32,000 nucleotides of DNA from Idiomarina loihiensis L2TR (GCF_000008465.1 NC_006512.1:1710001-1742000), one strand, 5' to 3'. Shown: positions 1 to 10,320, numbered from the stretch's first letter. Notes: a model not told the origin generated them from the letters alone. Made by a program: numbers and translations.

Positions 1-963
1 GTCATAGTCCTGCTGAGCGTAAACATAAGTCTTAGCGTATTCACCCGGCCAAAAGTCCGTACGACCTTCGGTGTAATGTGCGTGGCTATCAGAAACCGCC
101 GTAATGCTCCAGCGACGTCCTTCACCTAAAAAGCTGTCCCACACGCCACCGACTATTGCCGTCATCTGGTCAGTACCTCCGTGTGTCGGGTACCCATAGT
201 ATTCCGCCCGCGTTCCCTCAGGGTCATTCGAGCCATCTGGATTAATTGTCGCTGCCTGATGCCCGGGAATACCGGTCATGCCTGTAATAACATCCGGAGC
301 GGTGTCCTGCCAGAGACGCATTTTTTCAGGCGTCACTTTTTTGAACTGACCCAATTCATCAGCCTGACGAGCCGGATGATTCACCGAAAGCACCGGACGC
401 GGACTCATCGCCTGCATAGCATTCAGCGCTTTTAACATGAAAGATTCGGTATCCCGCTCAAATTCATTAGGAAATGCTTCACGTCGGTTAAACTGGCTTT
501 CTATGGTGTAGAGCTGCTGCGCTTCTTCATCGGTATGTGGAATAATTAAGGTGCTGTGGCGTGCATTGGGGGTATCAAATTCCATTCCGTAAAACTGCAA
601 AATACCCGGAACTGCTTTGCGGGACGCAACCAATTCAGGATAAGCCTGCTCCAAATTAACCCGGCTATGCTTCGGACCACCGTGGTCAGTGGTTACCATC
701 CATTGCAGACCATGCTGTTTCGCCATTTGTGCATTCAGCGCGGTAAAATAATGGGCGTCACCAAATAAAATGGCCGTAGGCGGTTGCGTACTGGTGTCCC
801 ACTTTGCACTAAACTTGCCATGAATATGGTGGTCACCCGCCAACCATTGCTTATTACCCGGCGGCTTAAAATCGTGATTATCGGATGTTAAAACCGTCTT
901 TGCACAGGCTGATAACAGCGTCAGCGCTATGGCGGTACTTATAACGTTTTTTACTCGTGACAT
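1..963 (-). CDS. PHP/CehA-McbA-like metal-dependent phosphoesterase, predicted lipoprotein (partial; C-terminus lies left of the window)
   Basis: Absent from the supplied ORF track because its stop is off-window. Hand translation of the minus strand shows the frame open from base 1 to the ATG (cat at 961-963). The N-terminus MSRVKNVISTAIALTLLSAC carries a lipobox. GDHHIHG and MVTTDHGG resemble PHP-type metal-binding motifs. Family assignment is from motif recall only. Confidence 0.55.
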   Translation of the reverse strand, partial: MSRVKNVISTAIALTLLSACAKTVLTSDNHDFKPPGNKQWLAGDHHIHGKFSAKWDTSTQPPTAILFGDAHYFTALNAQMAKQHGLQWMVTTDHGGPKHSRVNLEQAYPELVASRKAVPGILQFYGMEFDTPNARHSTLIIPHTDEEAQQLYTIESQFNRREAFPNEFERDTESFMLKALNAMQAMSPRPVLSVNHPARQADELGQFKKVTPEKMRLWQDTAPDVITGMTGIPGHQAATINPDGSNDPEGTRAEYYGYPTHGGTDQMTAIVGGVWDSFLGEGRRWSITAVSDSHAHYTEGRTDFWPGEYAKTYVYAQQDYD

Positions 964-985
964 CTTATTTCTCTTTAAAGCAAAA

Positions 986-1007
986 ACCGGGCTCAGCTGA
1001 GCCCGGT
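986..1007 (-). terminator. Rho-independent terminator downstream of the TonB-dependent receptor gene
   Basis: Perfect palindrome ACCGGGCTCAG/CTGAGCCCGGT. On the minus strand it is followed by TTTTT (plus-strand aaaaa at 982-986). Confidence 0.6.
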
Positions 1008-1024
1008 AACATGTGTAAGGAAAA

Positions 1025-3706
1025 TCAGAACTGTGCGGTAATGCCCAGCATGACCGTTCTGCCACTGGTAATTGTGTTGTACGCGCGGTCATGAGAATCG
1101 CTGTAAGACTCTTCACGTACGTTAGTCAGGTTAATACCTTCCAAGCTCAATTTGACGTTATCCGTCAGCTGATAAAACGATGAAAAGTCGACATAGGTTG
1201 TGCCGTGATAACCGCTTTCATCCTGGTCTGCACTGGATGTCGCGCCACTGCCATAACGACTGCGATAAGCGGCTGAAACACGGGCTCCCCAGTTTTCTAC
1301 TTCGTAATACAAAGTGAAGTTGTAACTATTTTTCGACAATCCCGAGAACGGCTTAACCTGATCATTTCCTTCAATACCATAGATGTTCCGGTAAAGAGAT
1401 TCGCCATCCGCGTAGGTGTAGTTAGCGATAACACCTAAGTTGTTAAATGGCGCAGGAAGAAAATCTAAATCTCTTGAAAATGCCAATTCAGCACCTTTAA
1501 TGGTCGACGAATCGACATTTTCCGGACGTTCAAGATAGAAAATACTGTCCATGTTTTTATCTGCCGGCAGCAGCTCTTCTGGTAAGCCCAGCGTTGAATA
1601 AACCACTTCGGTGGTGGTGCCTACAATAAAGTTGTCGATGTCTTTATGAAATATTGCCGCCGATGCATAACCAACGTCTTCAAAGTACCACTCAATAGCA
1701 GTGTCTAAGTTCGTGGATTCAAACGGGTCCAAATTAGGGTTGCCCATGGATACACTGGTAATCGCCTCCCCCGACGTTTGTGAAACCGAGGCGTTATAAC
1801 TCAGCGAGCCCAGTGAAGGACGGGTAACATTCTTAGTGGCAGCAAAACGCCATAAAAGATCCGGATTCAGTTCATACACCATATTCAGGGTTGGAAGAAC
1901 ATCGGAGTAAGTGCGGGCTGTCTCAATATCTACCCCTCCAGACACACCAGCTGATGTAATTTCCGTTTCAAAATAACGTAAGCCAGTACTTATGCGTAAC
2001 GGACGGCCGGCAACGCTGCTTTCAAAACCATATTGAGCATAAACCGCGCTGGTTTCTTCCGTTACCGGCGACTTGTCGTTTTCTGACAGGTCAGAATCAT
2101 CCAGACGGGTTCCCTGCAGGCCATAGTAAGCCAGCAAATTATTTAAATCCGCCTGGATCCAGTTTTGGTCAGGGTGTTGGTTAAATATGTTAACCAAATC
2201 ATCGGTTAACGTCAGCTCGCCAGCATTTTGCGGTGCTTCGTTCTGCGCATTACTTCTGGTTAACTGATAACCGGTATTCTCAAACTTCTTATAGTTAGCG
2301 CCAAAGGTTAATTCACCGGTGTCACCAATAAAGTAGCTGAAATCAACTTTAGCGATATCAAAGTCATTCGTAATGTAGTTTTCCTGCATGTAGATGTCTT
2401 TAACTTCAAAACCTTCCATGCTGGTTACATCAAAGTTCGGCGAGGTGCTAATGCCATAAAAACGATCGCCGCGGAAGTCAGTCATAATGTCGACTTTATT
2501 CTTCGCGTGAATATTTGATTTAAGAACCTGCGGTTGCTCAAAATCGGACGAGCTGGTACCAACCATGGCTGACATGCTCAAGTCAGGCGTTAACGACCAG
2601 TCCATGGTTAAAGTGTACTGGTTAAACTCCGATTCGTTACGGCGACGAGTATTCTCGTTACGCCAGGTTGCATCTTCGTAGCTCGCGTAAAGAACTTCTT
2701 TGTGTCCGTCGTTTTCTATCCATTCAAGATCTTTAACGATATCGTTGTCTTTAACGGCGGAGTGGTGCTCGTCGTACTCGTTTTCAAGTTCAGAATGCAT
2801 TAAATCAAACGAGAAGCTCAGTTCTTTACTGGGTTTAAACTGAAGCGCTGTCGTAATACCTAAACGTTTTTGTTGGTTATTCCACAGCGAGTAACGGTGA
2901 CCACGAGGAAACCATAACTCACCCGAGTCCAGCTCTGCCTGTAATTCAGTATCAGTTGGATCAGCGGCTGTTTTTCCGCCTTCCCGGCGCCAACGTGTGG
3001 TATTGGTACCATACTCAGTGGTTGAACGCTCACTGTAAGCAACTGAAGCCAGTGCGCCAAAATTACCCCAGGTATTAGAAATTAAACCGGCAAAGCGCGG
3101 GTCTGTCTCTTCGCTATTGTCGTTGTAACCACCTTTTAACGAAATTGCACTTTTAGCACCGTCATAGTCAAAGGGCTTAGCTGTGTAAAGACCAACAGTA
3201 CCGCCGATACCGCCCTCTTCCTGATCGGCCGAATAGGTTTTGTTCACATCAATGCGGTTGAAGAGCTCAGAAGCAAAAACATTAAAGTCAAAACTACGCG
3301 TGCGGCTCGCTCCGCCTTTGGCATCCATAGCCGACGCTGATGTGCCCATGGCCTCCATACCATTGACCTGAACGCGGGTGAAATCAGGACCTAATCCACG
3401 CAGTGAAATTTGACGCCCTTCACCACCTTCACGCGTAATACTAATGCCCGGAACGCGTTGCAATGAATCGGCAAGGTTTAAGTCCGGAAAATCGGCAATG
3501 TCTTCCGCAAGAATTGAATCACGAGAAATAATCGCTTCGCGCTTAAAGTCTTTGGCTTTAATTAATGAGCTTCTGAACGAAGTCACTTCAATCACTTCCA
3601 TGGCTTCTTCATCTACTGCCTGCTCCTGAGCTAGTACCGTATTTGAATAACCAAAAGCACTGACGATGGCTGTCGCTAAAACTGTTTTTCTAAATGAGTG
3701 GTTCAT
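1025..3706 (-). CDS. TonB-dependent outer-membrane receptor
   Basis: The 922-aa track ORF is trimmed to the internal ATG at 3706, where MNHSFRKTVLATAIVSAFGYSNTVLAQEQ is a signal peptide. Plug-domain motifs are present (DSLQRVPGISITREGGEGRQISLRGLGPDFTRVQVNGME). The long beta-barrel region ends in a C-terminal aromatic residue (…GITAQF). Confidence 0.9.
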   Translation of the reverse strand: MNHSFRKTVLATAIVSAFGYSNTVLAQEQAVDEEAMEVIEVTSFRSSLIKAKDFKREAIISRDSILAEDIADFPDLNLADSLQRVPGISITREGGEGRQISLRGLGPDFTRVQVNGMEAMGTSASAMDAKGGASRTRSFDFNVFASELFNRIDVNKTYSADQEEGGIGGTVGLYTAKPFDYDGAKSAISLKGGYNDNSEETDPRFAGLISNTWGNFGALASVAYSERSTTEYGTNTTRWRREGGKTAADPTDTELQAELDSGELWFPRGHRYSLWNNQQKRLGITTALQFKPSKELSFSFDLMHSELENEYDEHHSAVKDNDIVKDLEWIENDGHKEVLYASYEDATWRNENTRRRNESEFNQYTLTMDWSLTPDLSMSAMVGTSSSDFEQPQVLKSNIHAKNKVDIMTDFRGDRFYGISTSPNFDVTSMEGFEVKDIYMQENYITNDFDIAKVDFSYFIGDTGELTFGANYKKFENTGYQLTRSNAQNEAPQNAGELTLTDDLVNIFNQHPDQNWIQADLNNLLAYYGLQGTRLDDSDLSENDKSPVTEETSAVYAQYGFESSVAGRPLRISTGLRYFETEITSAGVSGGVDIETARTYSDVLPTLNMVYELNPDLLWRFAATKNVTRPSLGSLSYNASVSQTSGEAITSVSMGNPNLDPFESTNLDTAIEWYFEDVGYASAAIFHKDIDNFIVGTTTEVVYSTLGLPEELLPADKNMDSIFYLERPENVDSSTIKGAELAFSRDLDFLPAPFNNLGVIANYTYADGESLYRNIYGIEGNDQVKPFSGLSKNSYNFTLYYEVENWGARVSAAYRSRYGSGATSSADQDESGYHGTTYVDFSSFYQLTDNVKLSLEGINLTNVREESYSDSHDRAYNTITSGRTVMLGITAQF

Positions 3707-3933
3707 GTTGGTTCCGTTATAGGTTGACGAAAAACGTTCAGTCCAAAAAACAGGGACACCTATAAAGAGCCGGAAAACCTCAAAAGCAGACAAGAATTTT
3801 TGTGAAGAATCGATGAAGGATTTGTGAATACAGGGAACTCAATGCCTTTAGCTATGCTGGCAGGAATGTCGGCACCTTTCTTCTTGGTACCGACAACGCT
3901 TTCGAGGGAAATTAGCAAGAGTTGAAAACGGCG

Positions 3934-4455
3934 TTACATCATCCGTTTGAGAGTTCCATCTTTTATAATAAACTGATGAACAAAAGCCATACCGATATGA
4001 CCTGCAACCAGAAACAATAAGCCCCAGGCTATGTAAGAGTGCAAGCTACCGATATTTATCAGCCAGCTAACTTCCTCACCTTTAGCAATAATTTCAAGGT
4101 TAAATGCACTTAACCCATAGCCGTTACCCACCATGTAGAAGATTCCGGTCACCGGCATCAATACCAACGCAACATATAACAAACCGTGCCCAATTTTTGC
4201 CAGAACACCAATAATAGAGCCATGTTCGGGCCGGTTCCCCTTTTCTTTGACAGTCCAGCCTAAGCGTAAAACAATAAGTACCAATATCAGTGATCCAATA
4301 GATATGTGCCAGGGGACCAGCGTTTCACCTACCCAGTGTTCACCATCGTTTATACGGTCAAAGAATTTTAGAAATTGCCAGCTAACCAGAATGGCCATCG
4401 ACCAGTGGAAGAAGCGCGTTATAGAACCATAACGCGCTTTAGAATCATTCATCAT
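3934..4455 (-). CDS. Cytochrome b561 family protein
   Basis: 173 aa with about four hydrophobic helices and conserved His positions (RFFHWSMAILV, PWHISIGS, LHSYIAWGLLF), typical of the CybB/b561 family. Confidence 0.75.
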   Translation of the reverse strand: MMNDSKARYGSITRFFHWSMAILVSWQFLKFFDRINDGEHWVGETLVPWHISIGSLILVLIVLRLGWTVKEKGNRPEHGSIIGVLAKIGHGLLYVALVLMPVTGIFYMVGNGYGLSAFNLEIIAKGEEVSWLINIGSLHSYIAWGLLFLVAGHIGMAFVHQFIIKDGTLKRMM

Positions 4456-4548
4456 TTTGAGTTACCCATATCAATCAAATATCGCCTTAGGCTACCTATC
4501 TGATATTAGTATGAGAATGCACATTTTCTTAAAATATTTTTCAGAAAG

Positions 4549-5568
4549 CTAAAACTCTACGCAAATCTTACCGAAGTGCTTACCTGATTCTTCATAACGG
4601 AATGCATCCGCTAATTCTTCCAGAGCAAAAATTTTATCAATTACCGGCTTCACACCGTTAGCTTCTAAAGCACGCACAAAGTCTTTCTGATTGTCGCAGC
4701 TGCCAACAATTAAACCCTGTAGTCGTGCCTGCTTAGCCATTAGTTTAGCGGTTGGAACCTCACCTTCACTTCCGGTCAGCACACCAATTAACGCAATGTG
4801 CCCCGCTATCGCCACCGCATTAATAGACTGTGGCAAGGTGCCTGGGCCGCCAACTTCAATCACATGGTCGACGCCTCGGCCGCCAGTTAATTTACGAACC
4901 GTTTTGCCCCATTCAGGGTCTTCTTTGTAGTTAATCAGATGATCCGCTCCAAGCTCTTTATACTGTTGAAGTTTGTCGTTAGACGATGATGTGGCAAATA
5001 CCGTCGCCCCCAGGCTCTTCGCTAACTGGCAGGCAAATACTGATACGCCACCACTGCCGAGCACCAGCACCGTATTGCCCGGTTTAATGCCACCATCAAC
5101 AACCAGAGCGCGCCAGGCCGTTAAACCCGCAGTCGTCAAAGTGGCTGATTCAGTATGACTATAGCCCTTCGGCTGATGGGTAAAGAACTGAGTGGGACGC
5201 ACCACAACTTCGCGAGCGTAGCCATCAATGCCATCGCCCGGCGTGTTGTGGAAGTCACCAACTGGTGCCGGCCCACTTTGCCAGTAAGGGAAAAAAGTAG
5301 AAACAACATTGTCGCCTACCGCGAATTCTTCCACGCCTTCACCTACAGCCTCAACAACACCAGCGCCGTCAGACATTGGAATGCGTCCATCCTCTGTTGG
5401 GATAAAACCAGATGCTACGCCGTAATCATGAAAATTGAGCGAGCTGGCTTTAACTTTAACTCGAATTTCTCCCGGCCCCGGCTGGCCGGGATCTTCCATT
5501 TCGGTTACCTGAATATTATCCAGCCCAAACGGTTTGTTGAGTCGTAGCGCTTTAATCTTCTCAGTCAT
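4549..5568 (-). CDS. Medium-chain (zinc-type) dehydrogenase/reductase, NAD(P)H:quinone oxidoreductase-like
   Basis: 339 aa. GroES-like N-terminal region followed by a Rossmann motif (VLVLGSGGVSVFACQLAK). AAAGGA ribosome-binding site 8 nt upstream of the ATG. Confidence 0.85.
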   Translation of the reverse strand: MTEKIKALRLNKPFGLDNIQVTEMEDPGQPGPGEIRVKVKASSLNFHDYGVASGFIPTEDGRIPMSDGAGVVEAVGEGVEEFAVGDNVVSTFFPYWQSGPAPVGDFHNTPGDGIDGYAREVVVRPTQFFTHQPKGYSHTESATLTTAGLTAWRALVVDGGIKPGNTVLVLGSGGVSVFACQLAKSLGATVFATSSSNDKLQQYKELGADHLINYKEDPEWGKTVRKLTGGRGVDHVIEVGGPGTLPQSINAVAIAGHIALIGVLTGSEGEVPTAKLMAKQARLQGLIVGSCDNQKDFVRALEANGVKPVIDKIFALEELADAFRYEESGKHFGKICVEF

Positions 5569-5797
5569 GTTGGTAGTCCTTTAACTAGAGTGTGTGTTCA
5601 ATTGTAGTTCTTATGAGGGGTTATTGGATCAAAGCTAAGCTGTAAAAGCTTAGAAAACTCATTAACGGGAATTAAATTGATCTAACTACATTAGGTAACT
5701 CTTGATGCCGACTATACTGAAAGTGCCGTTCGCAATACCACTAAGGGTATCAGCGAGAACAGCAAATATTTCTATTCAGTAAGGGAAGGAATCCGTA

Positions 5798-7786
5798 ATG
5801 GCTAAAAAGACAATTGCGAAATTTGATATCTCGACAACTGCACCAGAAGGTTTTGAGCATGAGCCTGACGCAACAGGCGGTTTTTGGTGCCATAAACCGC
5901 TTAACACTTTGCCACCGGGTGATTTTATATCGCCCTACTCGCGTCATAAAACCTTACCTACTCCGGGAGTCGAAAAGCGTAAAGCCTGGATAATTGGTGG
6001 CGGTGTCGGGGGGCTTGCTGCTGCATTTTATTTAATTCGCGATGGTCATATGCCCGCCGAAAATATCACTATTTTAGAAGAAATGAGTGTAGAAGGCGGC
6101 TCTATGGATGGTGCGGGTAACCCTGAAGACGGTTACATCATTCGCGGTGGTCGTGAAATGAACTGGAACTACGACACCCTCTGGGATCTATTCCAGGACA
6201 TTCCTGCCCTTGAGCTTCCTGAAGGGTATTCTGTTCTCGATGAATACCGAATGATAAACGACAACGACCCGAATTATTCTAAGGCCCGTTTAATTAACAA
6301 GTCCGGCGAAATTCTTGACTCAGAAGACCTGGGGCTGAGTAAATCTCAGCAATGGGAACTTATCCGCTTAATGCTGAAAAGAAAGGAAGAGCTAGACGAC
6401 ACCAGCATTGAGGAATATTTCAGTGAAGGCTTTTTACAAAGCAACTTCTGGTTTTTATTCCGTACTATGTTTGCTTTTAAAAACTGCCACAGCCTGTTGG
6501 AAACCAAGCTCTATTTGCATCGTTTTCTGGACTCAATTGACGGCTTTGGTGACATGTCTGTTCTGCTTTTCCCTAAATACAATCAGTACGACACCTTTAT
6601 AAAGCCACTGACCAATTTTCTGCGTGAAAAAGGAGTGAAATTTACCTTTGAAGCCAGAGTAGATGACCTTGATATGAGCTTTACCGGAGACAACAAGACG
6701 GTAACCGGAATTCAGGCCGTTGTTAAAGGTGAAGAGCAATATATTGAAGTTGGCAAGAATGATTTAGTGTTCGCCCTCACCGGATCAATGACTGAACAGA
6801 CGGCTTATGCCGGTATGGATGATGCGCCGGAGATTAACTGTGAAAGGCATGACCCGGGTAGCGAAAGTGGCTGGAACTTATGGAAGAACCTCGCCAAGAA
6901 ATCTCCTGTTTTCGGTAAGCCAGAAAAATTTTATGGTGACGTAGACAAGTCTATATGGGAGTCGGCCACCCTTACCTGCAAGCCCTCACCCCTTGTCGAT
7001 AAACTGAAAACCTTATCAGTAAACAACCCATACTCCGGTCGAACCGTAACCGGCGGCATAGTGACTTTTACTGACTCTAACTGGCTGTTAAGCGTTACCT
7101 GTAATCGCCAACCTCACTTCCCCGACCAGCCAGACGATACCTTAGTTTTGTGGGTTTATGGTCTATTGATGGATAAGCAAGGCAACCGTATTAACAAAAC
7201 CATGCCGGAATGTACCGGCAAAGAAATTCTGACCGAGCTTTGCCATCATCTGGGTATTGAAGAGCAGTTAGATGAGATTATAGCCAACACCAAAATACGC
7301 ATTGCGCTTATGCCTTATATTACTGCCCAGTTTATGCCCAGAGCAGCGGGCGACAGACCCAGAGTAGTGCCTGACGGCTGCACCAATTTAGGCCTAGTGG
7401 GACAATTTGTAGAAACTCGCAATGACATAATATTCACCATGGAAGCCTCCATTCGCACCGCCCGTATTGGTGTGTATAAGCTGCTGAATATTCCCAAACA
7501 GGTGCCGGATATAAGCCCCACCCAATACGATATTCGCAACATCATAAAAGGTGCCAGAGCGCTCAATAGCAATAAGCCTTTTATTGGCGAGCGTATGTTG
7601 CATCGCTTACTCGACAAAACCTACTTTGCCCACATACTGCCGCCGCTGCCCGAACCGGAGGAGAAAAAGCAAACGCACTTTGAAGAAGAGCTAAGGGAAC
7701 TGCTGGGTAAAGGCGGTGACTTAATACATAAATTTTCAAGCTGGGTTAACTCGCTGAGGGAGAATTTTTCGAGCAAAGATAAATAG
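5798..7786 (+). CDS. ohyA: Oleate hydratase (MCRA family, FAD-dependent fatty-acid double-bond hydratase)
   Basis: 662 aa. FAD dinucleotide-binding motif [17 protein letters not shown] followed by YIIRGGREM, which I recognise as characteristic of the family. GGAAGGAA ribosome-binding site before the ATG. Confidence 0.8.
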   Translation: MAKKTIAKFDISTTAPEGFEHEPDATGGFWCHKPLNTLPPGDFISPYSRHKTLPTPGVEKRKAWIIGGGVGGLAAAFYLIRDGHMPAENITILEEMSVEGGSMDGAGNPEDGYIIRGGREMNWNYDTLWDLFQDIPALELPEGYSVLDEYRMINDNDPNYSKARLINKSGEILDSEDLGLSKSQQWELIRLMLKRKEELDDTSIEEYFSEGFLQSNFWFLFRTMFAFKNCHSLLETKLYLHRFLDSIDGFGDMSVLLFPKYNQYDTFIKPLTNFLREKGVKFTFEARVDDLDMSFTGDNKTVTGIQAVVKGEEQYIEVGKNDLVFALTGSMTEQTAYAGMDDAPEINCERHDPGSESGWNLWKNLAKKSPVFGKPEKFYGDVDKSIWESATLTCKPSPLVDKLKTLSVNNPYSGRTVTGGIVTFTDSNWLLSVTCNRQPHFPDQPDDTLVLWVYGLLMDKQGNRINKTMPECTGKEILTELCHHLGIEEQLDEIIANTKIRIALMPYITAQFMPRAAGDRPRVVPDGCTNLGLVGQFVETRNDIIFTMEASIRTARIGVYKLLNIPKQVPDISPTQYDIRNIIKGARALNSNKPFIGERMLHRLLDKTYFAHILPPLPEPEEKKQTHFEEELRELLGKGGDLIHKFSSWVNSLRENFSSKDK

Positions 7787-7814
7787 CGGGTTAGGTTTTG
7801 TTTTTTGCACAAAA

Positions 7815-7836
7815 AAGCCGCTCGAATGAGCGGCTT
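7815..7836 (-). terminator. Rho-independent terminator, strongest on the minus strand; native ssrA-type terminator that also closes ohyA
   Basis: Stem AAGCCGCTC / GAGCGGCTT with loop GAAT. On the minus strand it is followed by TTTTTTGTGC. It lies 25 nt downstream of a tmRNA-type ...CAGCTCCACCA end. Confidence 0.75.
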
Positions 7837-7859
7837 CTTATATGGAATTGGTGGAGCTG
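7824..7859 (-). repeat. ssrA-derived direct repeat, copy A (last 11 nt of a tmRNA acceptor end plus 25 nt of downstream sequence); att-scar candidate
   Basis: gaatgagcggcttcttatatggaattggtggagctg matches 28500-28535 at 34 of 36 positions. The flanks diverge immediately on both sides. The reverse complement of 7849-7859 is CAGCTCCACCA. Confidence 0.7.
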
Positions 7860-7908
7860 TTTATAAAAGCCTTTTGTAAACAACCGATCGATCAGGAATA
7901 CAAAAGGT

Positions 7909-8298
7909 TTAAGGAATGCGAGCGATAACTTTTATTTCAAAGTCAAAACCGGCTAACCAATTCACGCCTACTGCTGTCCAATTCGGGTAAGGAGGTGAGC
8001 TAAACATTTTTTGTTTTACTTTCATGATGGTATCGAACTGATTCTCCGGATCGGTATGAAAAGTTGTTACATCCACTAAATCATCTAGTGTGCAGCCCGC
8101 GGCGTTTAATGTCGCCTGCAGGTTTTCAAAAGCCAGTTCAACCTGACGTTCAAATTCAGGCTCAGGGCTACCGTTTTCACGACTTCCTACTTGTCCGGAT
8201 ACAAATAACAGATCGCCCGAGCGAATAGCTGCTGAGTAGCCGTGTTCTTCATAAAGTTTATGCCTGTTGGCAGGGAAAACTGCTTCGCGCTGGTTCAT
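7909..8298 (-). CDS. RidA/YjgF/TdcF (endoribonuclease L-PSP) family reactive-intermediate deaminase
   Basis: 129 aa. YSAAIRSGDLLFVSGQVG and the C-terminal ...FDFEIKVIA pattern are typical of the family. Confidence 0.85.
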   Translation of the reverse strand: MNQREAVFPANRHKLYEEHGYSAAIRSGDLLFVSGQVGSRENGSPEPEFERQVELAFENLQATLNAAGCTLDDLVDVTTFHTDPENQFDTIMKVKQKMFSSPPYPNWTAVGVNWLAGFDFEIKVIARIP

Positions 8299-8404
8299 AT
8301 TTCTTACCTCATTGAGTTAACAGTAGCTAATAGCCGCTAAAACTAGCTATCAGAACACCACAAATGGCAGCGATTTAGGTACAAAGCGTTACTAGATCAC
8401 GTTA

Positions 8405-8471
8405 ATATACGCCGTGTATGTAAACTACAATTATACGCATCGTATGTCAATTTAATATACAGAGCGTATAT
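8405..8471. promoter_or_regulatory. Three spaced ATAC-N5-GTAT palindromes in the ridA/tetR divergent intergenic region (candidate TetR operators)
   Basis: atATACgccgtGTATg (8405-8420), tATACgcatcGTATg (8432-8446) and atATACagagcGTATat (8455-8471). Centres are about 24-26 bp apart. The array lies immediately upstream of the TetR start. Confidence 0.5.
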
Positions 8472-8489
8472 GAAAGTAAGGATAAACAA

Positions 8490-9089
8490 TTGAACCAGCG
8501 CACAAAGACAATGGCAGAAAACCGTGCAAAGATTATTTCAGCAGCAAGAAAAGCCTTTGCTGAGAAAGGCTACACGTCGGCCTCGATGGATGAATTAACT
8601 GCTGAAGTCGGTTTAACAAGAGGAGCCTTGTATCACAACTTTGGTGACAAACGCGGACTTCTCGCTGCAGTTGTAGAGCAAATTGACACAGAAATGGCAC
8701 TACGTGCGAAAGAAATTGGCTCACAGGCCGAGAATGTATGGGAAGGACTGCTTGCAGAAGGTGAAGCTTATATACGCATGGCACTTGATCCTGAAGTGCA
8801 ACGTATTGTATTGCTTGATGGGCCGGCGGTGCTGGGAGACCCTTCACAATGGCCTAGCCAGAGCAATTGCCTCGAAGCGACCAGACAAACCGTAAGGGAA
8901 CTGGTAGCTCAAGGCGTTATGAAGCAAGTTGACACGGAGGCAGCTGCCAGACTACTTAATGGCTCTGCACTCAATGCAGCCCTATGGATTGCTGCCAGCT
9001 CTACCCCTCAGGAGGTCACCCCAAAAGCAATCGAAGCATTTCGACTATTAGCGTCAGGACTAAAGAGATTGAGTCCTGACTTCTTTTAG
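8490..9089 (+). CDS. TetR/AcrR family transcriptional regulator
   Basis: The N-terminal HTH region (ARKAFAEKGYTSASMDELTAEVGLTRGALYHNFGDKRGL) is classic TetR_N. TTG start at 8490 with AGGA 7 nt upstream. An in-frame ATG at 8511 is an alternative start. Confidence 0.85.
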   Translation: MNQRTKTMAENRAKIISAARKAFAEKGYTSASMDELTAEVGLTRGALYHNFGDKRGLLAAVVEQIDTEMALRAKEIGSQAENVWEGLLAEGEAYIRMALDPEVQRIVLLDGPAVLGDPSQWPSQSNCLEATRQTVRELVAQGVMKQVDTEAAARLLNGSALNAALWIAASSTPQEVTPKAIEAFRLLASGLKRLSPDFF

Positions 9090-9800
9090 CTATAAACGTC
9101 GCGCAACCCAGGCTCGTACAAGGCAGGCTTGATAAGTCTGGACTGCCAGTTCAAAGCCTCCTCTATGTATGAGATGTTTTATCTCTTCAGGAGGAAGAAT
9201 TGCAACATCCTTTAACCAGGCAGAATGTATCTTATCTACCGTGTCAGATGACACATTTGAGCCATGTAGCATTTTGGCCCATAAATTAATTAGAGTACTG
9301 TATTCATTTGAGCCAACCATTTCTGATAAATCTGAACTGACTAAAATGCCACCGGGCTTTAAGCTTTTGGCAATTGACTGAAAAAAGGACACGCGATCCT
9401 CTTTATCCAAAAAGAACTGAGAGACCATGAGGCAAGTAGCTCCATCGCATGGTTCTAACCCTGAAAGCGAGTCCAGATAGCCTTCATGGAACACGCACCG
9501 TGAACTGAACCCTTCCTGCTCTGCTCGTTTTCGACAAATATCGAGCATTCCACCGGAAGGCTCCACCGCAATAAATCGCCAGTTAGGAAACCTTTTAGCC
9601 AGATAAGATATTTCAGTCCCGACCCCAGACCCCACACAGAGTATCCTCGCATTGTCAGGTAACCCAGAAAAAACCCATTGAAGTTGAAAGTAGATCCCTT
9701 CGTATACGGGAGCGAGTTTCATTTGTCGCTCTTCGTAACCAGTCGCTTGCTGATCAAAAGCTTCTTTAAGTTCGTCTTGATTCACACACCCTCCAGCCAA
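9090..9800 (-). CDS. Class I SAM-dependent methyltransferase
   Basis: Motif I (ILCVGSGVGTE) and post-I/II spacing typical of the Methyltransf_25/11 type. The start codon is uncertain (TTG at 9800). The stop abuts the tetR stop with no spacer. Confidence 0.75.
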   Translation of the reverse strand: MAGGCVNQDELKEAFDQQATGYEERQMKLAPVYEGIYFQLQWVFSGLPDNARILCVGSGVGTEISYLAKRFPNWRFIAVEPSGGMLDICRKRAEQEGFSSRCVFHEGYLDSLSGLEPCDGATCLMVSQFFLDKEDRVSFFQSIAKSLKPGGILVSSDLSEMVGSNEYSTLINLWAKMLHGSNVSSDTVDKIHSAWLKDVAILPPEEIKHLIHRGGFELAVQTYQACLVRAWVARRL

Positions 9801-9902
9801 CTCTTAATATCATGTAATATTTAAAGTATCATGAAGAATAGCATCAAGTATGTAACAATAAAAGTTACAAAATAGAACATAAAATAGATTCGAGAAAATA
9901 TT

Positions 9903-10319
9903 GTGAGAAAAGACAGTCAGTTATCCCGAGCCCTGCATATATTAATACACCTTGGGCAGAAGCCTCATCCAGTAACATCCGAAACTATTTCAAAAATGCT
10001 GAAGACGAACCCGGTTGTAGTTCGGCGAATGATGGGAAGACTTCGTGAAAATGGGTATGTAACCTCAGTAAAAGGACATAACGGCGGATGGTCACTATCC
10101 CGATCATTGAGGGAGATAACGCTACTCGACATACACAAGGCTTTGGGTGACAAGAACCTATTTACTATTGGCTTTACTGAACCTGATTCCAAATGTTTGA
10201 TAGAAAAAGCGGTTAACACACAGCTTGAGCAAACAATGAAAGATGCAGAAGCAGTGTTACTTGATAAGTTTGCAAAGGTTACTCTTAACGATTTAAATAT
10301 CTCGGATTCAGAAAGCTAG
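9903..10319 (+). CDS. Rrf2 (BadM/Rrf2) family transcriptional regulator
   Basis: 138 aa. ALHILIHLGQKPHPVTSETISKMLKTNPVVVRRMMGRLRENGYVTSVKGHNGGWSL is the Rrf2 winged-helix signature. GTG start. Confidence 0.8.
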   Translation: MRKDSQLSRALHILIHLGQKPHPVTSETISKMLKTNPVVVRRMMGRLRENGYVTSVKGHNGGWSLSRSLREITLLDIHKALGDKNLFTIGFTEPDSKCLIEKAVNTQLEQTMKDAEAVLLDKFAKVTLNDLNISDSES

Positions 10320-10320
10320 A

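Noticed and set aside
3707-3793. N-terminal extension of the TonB-dependent receptor ORF (MSAFEVFRLFIGVPVFWTERFSSTYNGTN...).
   Set aside because: The internal Met at 3706 is followed directly by a canonical signal peptide. The extension has no signal-like character and is most simply an upstream in-frame artefact.
5155-5547. Antisense or shadow ORFs inside well-supported genes. Examples: 5155-5547, 4691-4930, 7315-7617, 8533-8847, 13435-13719, 15559-15789, 17162-17635, 20232-20459, 21155-21379, 23324-23721, 24865-25117, 26841-27146.
   Set aside because: Each lies entirely within, and opposite to or out of frame with, a gene that has clear family motifs. The translated sequences are low-complexity or Arg/Ser/Cys-rich, as is typical of shadow frames.
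5669-5686. 17/18-nt match GAAT(T/A)AAATTGATCTAAC shared by the adh/ohyA (5669-5686) and SDR/lysR (15083-15100) divergent promoter regions.
   Set aside because: A rough estimate of chance matches of this length with one mismatch in a 32-kb AT-leaning window on both strands is about one. No dyad symmetry or third copy was seen.
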